This document shows positions 58,980 through 64,000 of a stretch of 64,000 bases of DNA, one piece after another. Made by a program: the position numbers and the translations under genes. The stretch is from assembly GCA_946997485.1 (NCBI GenBank), contig CAMPVF010000002.1:95987-159986 (forward strand). Direction: 5' to 3'. The notes under the pieces were generated by a model that was not told where the DNA came from, searched no databases, and was given only the letters and a program-made list of their open reading frames with translations. Source of the DNA: an uncultured Atopobium sp. (GTDB lineage Bacteria > Actinomycetota > Coriobacteriia > Coriobacteriales > Atopobiaceae). The stretch's first letter is position 1. The number at the start of each line of letters is the position of its first letter.

Positions 58980-60443
58980 GTGTTTAGCAGTCTTTCTGAT
59001 AGATTACAACAAACGTTTTCGCAGCTTCGCGGCAAGGCGACTCTTACCGAACAAGACATTGCTGCAGCTATGCGCGAAATTCGTATGGCGCTTCTTGAAG
59101 CCGACGTTAACTATCGCGTGGTAAAAGAATTTGTTGCAACGTGCAAGGAAAAATGCTCAACTGCAGAAGTGCTCTCTTCGCTTACGCCTGCACAAAATGT
59201 AGTTAAGGTAGTATTAGACGAGCTTACACGCTTGTTGGGTAGCACATCATCGGGTTTGGTGCTCTCTTCTGGCCGCACGCCTAACGTTATTATGCTTGTT
59301 GGTCTGCAAGGATCGGGTAAAACAACTGCTACCGCTAAGCTTGCATATTTGCTAAAACAGCAGGGTAGAGCACCACTTGTTGCTGCCTGCGACACACACC
59401 GACCAGCTGCTGCCGATCAACTTCAAACGCTTGCACATGAGATTGGTGTTGGTTTTTATCGCGCTGACAATACAGCTGCGCAAGATGTTGCAGCTCAGGC
59501 TATCCAAGATGCAGTAGACAAACTTAAAGACATAGTTATTATCGATACCGCTGGCCGCACTCAGCTCGATGAAGAAATGATGCTTGAAGCTATTGCCATT
59601 AAACAAGCGGTAAAGCCCGATCAAATTCTAATGGTTGTCGATGCTATGGCTGGTCAGGACATCGTTAACGTTGTAAAAGAATTTTCGGCGCGCCTTGATT
59701 TCGACGGTGTTATTATCTCTAAGCTTGATGGTGACGCTCGTGGTGGTGGCGCGTTATCTGTTCGTGAAGTTACTGGTAAACCCATTAAATTTGTATCCAT
59801 GGGCGAAAAACCCTCCTCTCTTGAGGTATTTCACCCCGATAGGATGGCAAAACGTATTTTGGGCATGGGTGATGTTGTTGGTATTATCGAACAAGCACAA
59901 AAAGTTGCCCAAAAATCGGACATCGAACAAGCTGAGCGTATGTTGCGCGAAGGATTTACGATGAACGATATGCTTTTGCAAATGCAGCAAATAAAAAAGA
60001 TGGGTGGTATTCAAAAGTTGTTGGGATCGCTTCCTGGTGGTGATAAAGCGCTGCGTGAGGGCGCTGCCGAACTTGGAAGCGAGCAAATCAAAACAACCGA
60101 AGCTATCATTTATTCGATGACAAAACAAGAGCGCTTACACCCTAAGATTATTAACGGTCAGCGCAGAAAACGCATTGCTCAAGGTTCTGCCACCAGTGTA
60201 CAGCAGGTAAATCAGCTGCTTAAACAGTGGGGCGAAATGAATAAGATGATGAGCAAAATGAAACAGCTTACGCAGGCTGGTAAAGGCGGCAAAAAAGGCA
60301 TGCGCCAGATGCGCGACATGATGCGTTCGCTTCAGCAGTCAAATGGTGCTGCCGGCCGTGGTGGTATGGGTGGCTTTGGCGGTTTTGGCGGCGGCATGGG
60401 CGGCATGGGCGGCTTTGGCGGGAAAAATCCCTTCGGTTTCTAA
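58980..60443 (+). CDS. ffh: signal recognition particle protein Ffh with Gly/Met/Phe-rich C-terminal tail
   Basis: An NG domain (GLQGSGKTTA, DTAGR, SKLDGDARGG), an M domain and a C-terminal (GGMGGFGG)n tail. GTG start. Confidence 0.9.
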   Translation: MFSSLSDRLQQTFSQLRGKATLTEQDIAAAMREIRMALLEADVNYRVVKEFVATCKEKCSTAEVLSSLTPAQNVVKVVLDELTRLLGSTSSGLVLSSGRTPNVIMLVGLQGSGKTTATAKLAYLLKQQGRAPLVAACDTHRPAAADQLQTLAHEIGVGFYRADNTAAQDVAAQAIQDAVDKLKDIVIIDTAGRTQLDEEMMLEAIAIKQAVKPDQILMVVDAMAGQDIVNVVKEFSARLDFDGVIISKLDGDARGGGALSVREVTGKPIKFVSMGEKPSSLEVFHPDRMAKRILGMGDVVGIIEQAQKVAQKSDIEQAERMLREGFTMNDMLLQMQQIKKMGGIQKLLGSLPGGDKALREGAAELGSEQIKTTEAIIYSMTKQERLHPKIINGQRRKRIAQGSATSVQQVNQLLKQWGEMNKMMSKMKQLTQAGKGGKKGMRQMRDMMRSLQQSNGAAGRGGMGGFGGFGGGMGGMGGFGGKNPFGF

Positions 60444-60445
60444 TT

Positions 60446-61291
60446 ATGCCGTGTATTCACCTTGCATTCAAAAACGATCCTGCACTTGCAGCTTATACGC
60501 AGCTAACAGCACGCCAGCTGCAAGCACGCGGAAATCCATCTTCTGCAAAGCTTATCTTAGAGTCGCAGTTCGTTATTAAAACAGCACTTGAGCGCGGCTA
60601 TCCGCTTGAGAGCATTCTTGTGTGTCGTGAACATTTCGATACACTTATGTCCACGCTTGAACCCTTTGCAGCAGCTCTATCCAATCTGCCTATTTATACC
60701 TTGCCCAAGGAAGAAATGAGCACGCTTGTTGGATTTTCTGTGCATCGTGGCTATTTTGCCTGCATGCCGCGCCCTTCGCGGCGCACCGTCGCGTCGCTCA
60801 ATCTAAGCTCTGCTTCGCTCATTTGTGTGCTTGAAACCATAAGCGACGTAAGTAATATTGGAGCGCTCTTTCGTTCGGCTGCGGCGTTTGGCGCAGACGG
60901 CATTATTCTAAGCGCAAGCTGTGCCGATCCATATAATCGCAGGTCAGTGCGCACATCTATGGGCGCCGTTTTGTCGCTGCCGTGGGCACAAGCAGCATCA
61001 GCTACGTCACATACGTGGGCAGCCGATACCGCCTGCATGCTTTCTTCGCATGGATTTGTAAACATAGCATGCGCGCTTGATGATAACGCGATGAGCCTTA
61101 ATGCCGTGCAAATGCAGTCATTTTCCAAAAAGGCACTGTGGTTTGGCAGCGAGGGGTGGGGTCTTAGTCAAGAAGCCCGCGCTGCATGCGATATGAGCGT
61201 TATGATTCCCATGCAGCGCGGTATCGATTCTCTTAATGTTGCTGCAAGCAGCGCGGTATTTTTCTGGGAGTGCGCACGCAGCGCGCGTTAG
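60446..61291 (+). CDS. TrmH/SpoU-family RNA 2'-O-methyltransferase (RlmB-like)
   Basis: An N-terminal substrate-binding domain plus SPOUT motifs (VLETISDVSNIGALFRSAAAFG, LWFGSEGWGLS, IPMQRGIDSLNVAASSAV). Confidence 0.75.
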   Translation: MPCIHLAFKNDPALAAYTQLTARQLQARGNPSSAKLILESQFVIKTALERGYPLESILVCREHFDTLMSTLEPFAAALSNLPIYTLPKEEMSTLVGFSVHRGYFACMPRPSRRTVASLNLSSASLICVLETISDVSNIGALFRSAAAFGADGIILSASCADPYNRRSVRTSMGAVLSLPWAQAASATSHTWAADTACMLSSHGFVNIACALDDNAMSLNAVQMQSFSKKALWFGSEGWGLSQEARAACDMSVMIPMQRGIDSLNVAASSAVFFWECARSAR

Positions 61292-61300
61292 TGTATTGTT

Positions 61301-63217
61301 TTATCCTTCCGCAGGTTCTGCCTGTTTTGGTTTGGGCGCAAAGCCATCTTCTCGATTAAGAATATTCATAAACTCGTCGCCCGTAATTGTTTCCTTAAGC
61401 TGAAGATAGCGTGCAATTTCGTGCAGCTTAAACTTATAGTTTTGCAGGGTTTTAAGCGCTGTTTGGTGCGCTTGCTCAATAAGTTCTTGCACTTCTTTAT
61501 CTACCGCTACAGCGGTGCCTTCGGAGCAACTGAGTTCTTCGTCGCCGCCCAGATACTTGTTGCGTGTTTCGCCAAGTGCCACCATGCCAAACTCATCGGA
61601 CATACCAAGCTGCGTTACCATTGCACGTGCAATTTTTGTTGCTTTGGCAATGTCGTCTGCTGCGCCAGAAGAGCGGTGTCCAAATATAATTTCTTCGGCG
61701 GCACGGCCGCCACAAAGCACGGCAAGTCGCTGCTGGTATTCTTCTTTTGTTGTAAGGTAACGCTCGTCTTCTTCGGCTTGCATTGTAAAGCCAAGCGCGC
61801 CCGAGGTACGCGGTATAATTGTGATTTTTGAAACGGGCGAACGTCCATTTTGAACAGCTGCCACAATTGCGTGTCCTGTTTCGTGATACGCAACCACTTT
61901 ACGCTCGTGCTCACTCAACACGGCGGTTTTCTTCTTTTCGCCGGCAACAACTACGTCTACCGACTCTTCCAAATCGTTTTGCGTTACACGGTTTCTACCT
62001 GCGCGTACTGCACGCAGCGCCGCCTCGTTAATCATGTTAGCCAAATCGGCACCCGACGTACCGGGTGTTTGACGTGCAACCTGCGTAAAGTCGACATTTG
62101 GTTCAATTTTTACATCATGCGCATGAAGCTTAAGAATAGCCTCTCTACCTGCAAGATCGGGCAGTTCAACGGGGATACGCCTATCAAAACGACCAGGACG
62201 CAAAAGTGCTGGGTCGAGCGTTTCGGGACGGTTCGTTGCGGCAAGCACAACAATACCTTCGTGGTTGTCAAAGCCGTCCATCTCGGCAAGAAGCTGGTTG
62301 AGCGTTTGCTCGCGCTCGTCGTTTGAGTTTATGCTCATACCACGTTTTTTACCAACGGTGTCGAGCTCATCAATAAAGATGATACATGGTGCTTTTTCTT
62401 TTGCCTGCTTAAAGAGGTCGCGCACTTTAGCTGCGCCACGACCAACGAACATTTCAACAAATTCTGAGCCCGAAATTTGGAAAAACGGTACCTTTGCTTC
62501 ACCGGCAACGGCGCGAGCAAGCAGCGTTTTACCAGTACCAGGAGGGCCTACAAGCAATGCGCCCTTAGGACAACGTGCACCTATAGCAGCATATTTTTTG
62601 GGATTATCCAAAAAGCTTACAATTTCATGAAGGGAATCTTTTGCTTCATCCTGACCTGCCACGTCATTAAAAGTAACGCCGGTTTCCTGGCCTTTTACCT
62701 CTTTTGCGTGCGACTTACCAAACGATCCAATGCCGCCAAACCCGCCAAAGCCACCGCCAAAATTCATGGACGGCGAATCGTCGCCCAGCTGCTTTTTAAG
62801 GCGTTTATTAATCATCCAACCAGCAAAAATAATAATGATAAACGGCAGCAGGTTAATAAGTAGCCACAGCCATGCGTCTTGGTTGGGGTCGGGGATAAGC
62901 GCCGAAAATTCAACATTGTGCTGCGTGAGTTTTGAAACCAACGTTGCATCTTGCGGGAATTGACCCGTTTCATATACTGTTTCTGCGCCTTTGTCGCCTG
63001 TAGTAAAACGAATATATTTAGTACCAGTATCAAGCTGCACTTTTGTGACTTGTCCTGCATCGAGTTTTTCAAGAAAATCGCTATAGGATGTTTTGGTAAC
63101 TGTTTGCTGACTTATCTGCGGCATAATAATACTGCGCACGATGAATGCAATACCGAGCGCGATGATGATGTAGAGAATCATCGACTGTCTTCTGCGTTTG
63201 GTGTCCATTTTTTTCAT
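61301..63217 (-). CDS. ftsH: ATP-dependent zinc metalloprotease FtsH
   Basis: AAA+ Walker [12 protein letters not shown], a second region of homology, and the HETGHAIV zinc site. 638 aa. Confidence 0.9.
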   Translation of the reverse strand: MKKMDTKRRRQSMILYIIIALGIAFIVRSIIMPQISQQTVTKTSYSDFLEKLDAGQVTKVQLDTGTKYIRFTTGDKGAETVYETGQFPQDATLVSKLTQHNVEFSALIPDPNQDAWLWLLINLLPFIIIIFAGWMINKRLKKQLGDDSPSMNFGGGFGGFGGIGSFGKSHAKEVKGQETGVTFNDVAGQDEAKDSLHEIVSFLDNPKKYAAIGARCPKGALLVGPPGTGKTLLARAVAGEAKVPFFQISGSEFVEMFVGRGAAKVRDLFKQAKEKAPCIIFIDELDTVGKKRGMSINSNDEREQTLNQLLAEMDGFDNHEGIVVLAATNRPETLDPALLRPGRFDRRIPVELPDLAGREAILKLHAHDVKIEPNVDFTQVARQTPGTSGADLANMINEAALRAVRAGRNRVTQNDLEESVDVVVAGEKKKTAVLSEHERKVVAYHETGHAIVAAVQNGRSPVSKITIIPRTSGALGFTMQAEEDERYLTTKEEYQQRLAVLCGGRAAEEIIFGHRSSGAADDIAKATKIARAMVTQLGMSDEFGMVALGETRNKYLGGDEELSCSEGTAVAVDKEVQELIEQAHQTALKTLQNYKFKLHEIARYLQLKETITGDEFMNILNREDGFAPKPKQAEPAEG

Positions 63218-63420
63218 ATGCTGAACACTCCTTTAACGTACGTAAGGGTAGGATGCACTAACTATAATATGTATAGTGTGTCCCTGCCGTATGGCATAAA
63301 AAACTGTGCGTAAAAACTATAAGTAGCCCCATGCGTTGCAACAATGAGCACGTGGTTGCCCTAAAACACACTATTGCGTAGGGATGGCGTGTATGCCCGA
63401 GGCGATGGCATCCTTCATAA

Positions 63421-63458
63421 AAATGAATAATAATGCATAGATATTGAATAATGCAATA
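63421..63458. promoter_or_regulatory. candidate ArgR (ARG box) operator upstream of arcA
   Basis: AATGAATAATAATGCATA (63422-63439) matches the ARG-box consensus TNTGAATWWWWATTCANW at 14 of 16 defined positions. A degenerate second copy TTGAATAATGCAA follows 5 bp downstream. Confidence 0.3.
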
Positions 63459-63829
63459 TGTTATGTGCGTTTTACCGCTATATGCGCAACCTAAGAGCAG
63501 CATTTATACGTTCGCAAGCAATGTAACAAATACTAGTATTAACCTGTATGTTCCCGATATCTTCACATCTTTACACCGTTAACATACAGAAACCAACCGT
63601 TTACGGTATTCGTGCGCAATGAAAAAATCATAGGTATTTTTATTGGATATACTAGCTACTAGTACACACGCACCAATGGTACGCGTTGCCAGCGATGGTA
63701 CGTAATGTTGGCATGGTGCGCCAGGGCGTGTTGTGTTCTTTGTAAGTGTGTGATTGGTGCTTGCATCTAACCATCGTTTGTACGATTATTCCGTTGCACC
63801 ACTCACAACCCGACTGTATGGGAGGCATC

Positions 63830-64000
63830 ATGGCTAACGGACTGCACGTCCACAGCGAAATTGGCACCTTAAAAAAGGTCTTGTTGCATCGTCCTGGTGA
63901 AGAACTTCTCAATCTTCCGCCCGATGAACTAAGTCGTTTGCTTTTCGACGATGTACCATTTCTTGAGGTAGCGCAACAAGAACATGACCGTTTCGCCGAT
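63830..64000 (+). CDS. arcA: arginine deiminase (N-terminal part; continues beyond window)
   Basis: [41 protein letters not shown] is a typical ArcA N-terminus, preceded by GGGAGG. Confidence 0.8.
   Translation, partial: MANGLHVHSEIGTLKKVLLHRPGEELLNLPPDELSRLLFDDVPFLEVAQQEHDRFAD

Noticed and set aside
1-64000. Mobile elements, integrases, toxin-antitoxin pairs, restriction-modification or other defence systems
   Set aside because: No transposase, integrase, recombinase, nuclease/methylase or abortive-infection-like ORFs and no terminal inverted repeats were seen. The window is essentially core housekeeping with one inserted transporter locus.

Overview
This 64 kb window looks like core chromosome from a high/medium-GC Gram-positive actinobacterium. 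The gene order dxr-rseP(rip1)-ispG-proS and rplU-rpmA...obg-nadD is typical of Actinobacteria, and many proteins carry lineage-style low-complexity inserts. It is densely packed with housekeeping genes and no mobile elements, CRISPR arrays or rRNA genes were found. Contents by position:
- 1-9.2 kb (+ strand): pyrH(partial)-frr-uppS-cdsA-dxr-rseP-ispG-proS.
- 9.5-18.4 kb (- strand): a long aromatic amino acid supraoperon headed by tRNA-Arg(CCG). Its order is tyrA-aroB-aroA-aroC-pheA(CM-PDT)-aroE/aroK fusion-aroQ, and the aroQ product carries an N-terminal PTS EIIB-like domain.
- 18.8-24.6 kb: P-type cation ATPase, a zinc-ribbon membrane protein, cyclophilin and a TPR membrane protein.
- 24.7-31.1 kb: the cell-shape operon mreB-mreC-mreD-mrdA(PBP2)-rodA, followed by an Ala-rich hypothetical.
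- 32.5-33.2 kb: rplU-rpmA.
- 33.4-38.4 kb: an inserted transport locus. It holds a ThrE-family exporter, then an ECF-type transporter (S component, fused duplicated EcfA ATPase, EcfT). Upstream of it sits a classic promoter + 24-codon leader peptide with three consecutive Trp codons + intrinsic terminator, the architecture of a tryptophan attenuator.
- 38.4-51.4 kb: obg-nadD-ileS-lspA-rluD, a membrane GT2 glycosyltransferase, guaB and leuS.
- 51.6-64.0 kb: rpmF-plsX-acpP-rnc-smc-ftsY-ffh-trmH-like, ftsH (- strand), and the start of arcA.
The most interesting items are the Trp-leader attenuator controlling an ECF transporter, the EIIB-AroQ fusion, a 24-nt in-frame tandem repeat in the EcfA linker, and candidate ileS leader and ARG-box elements.
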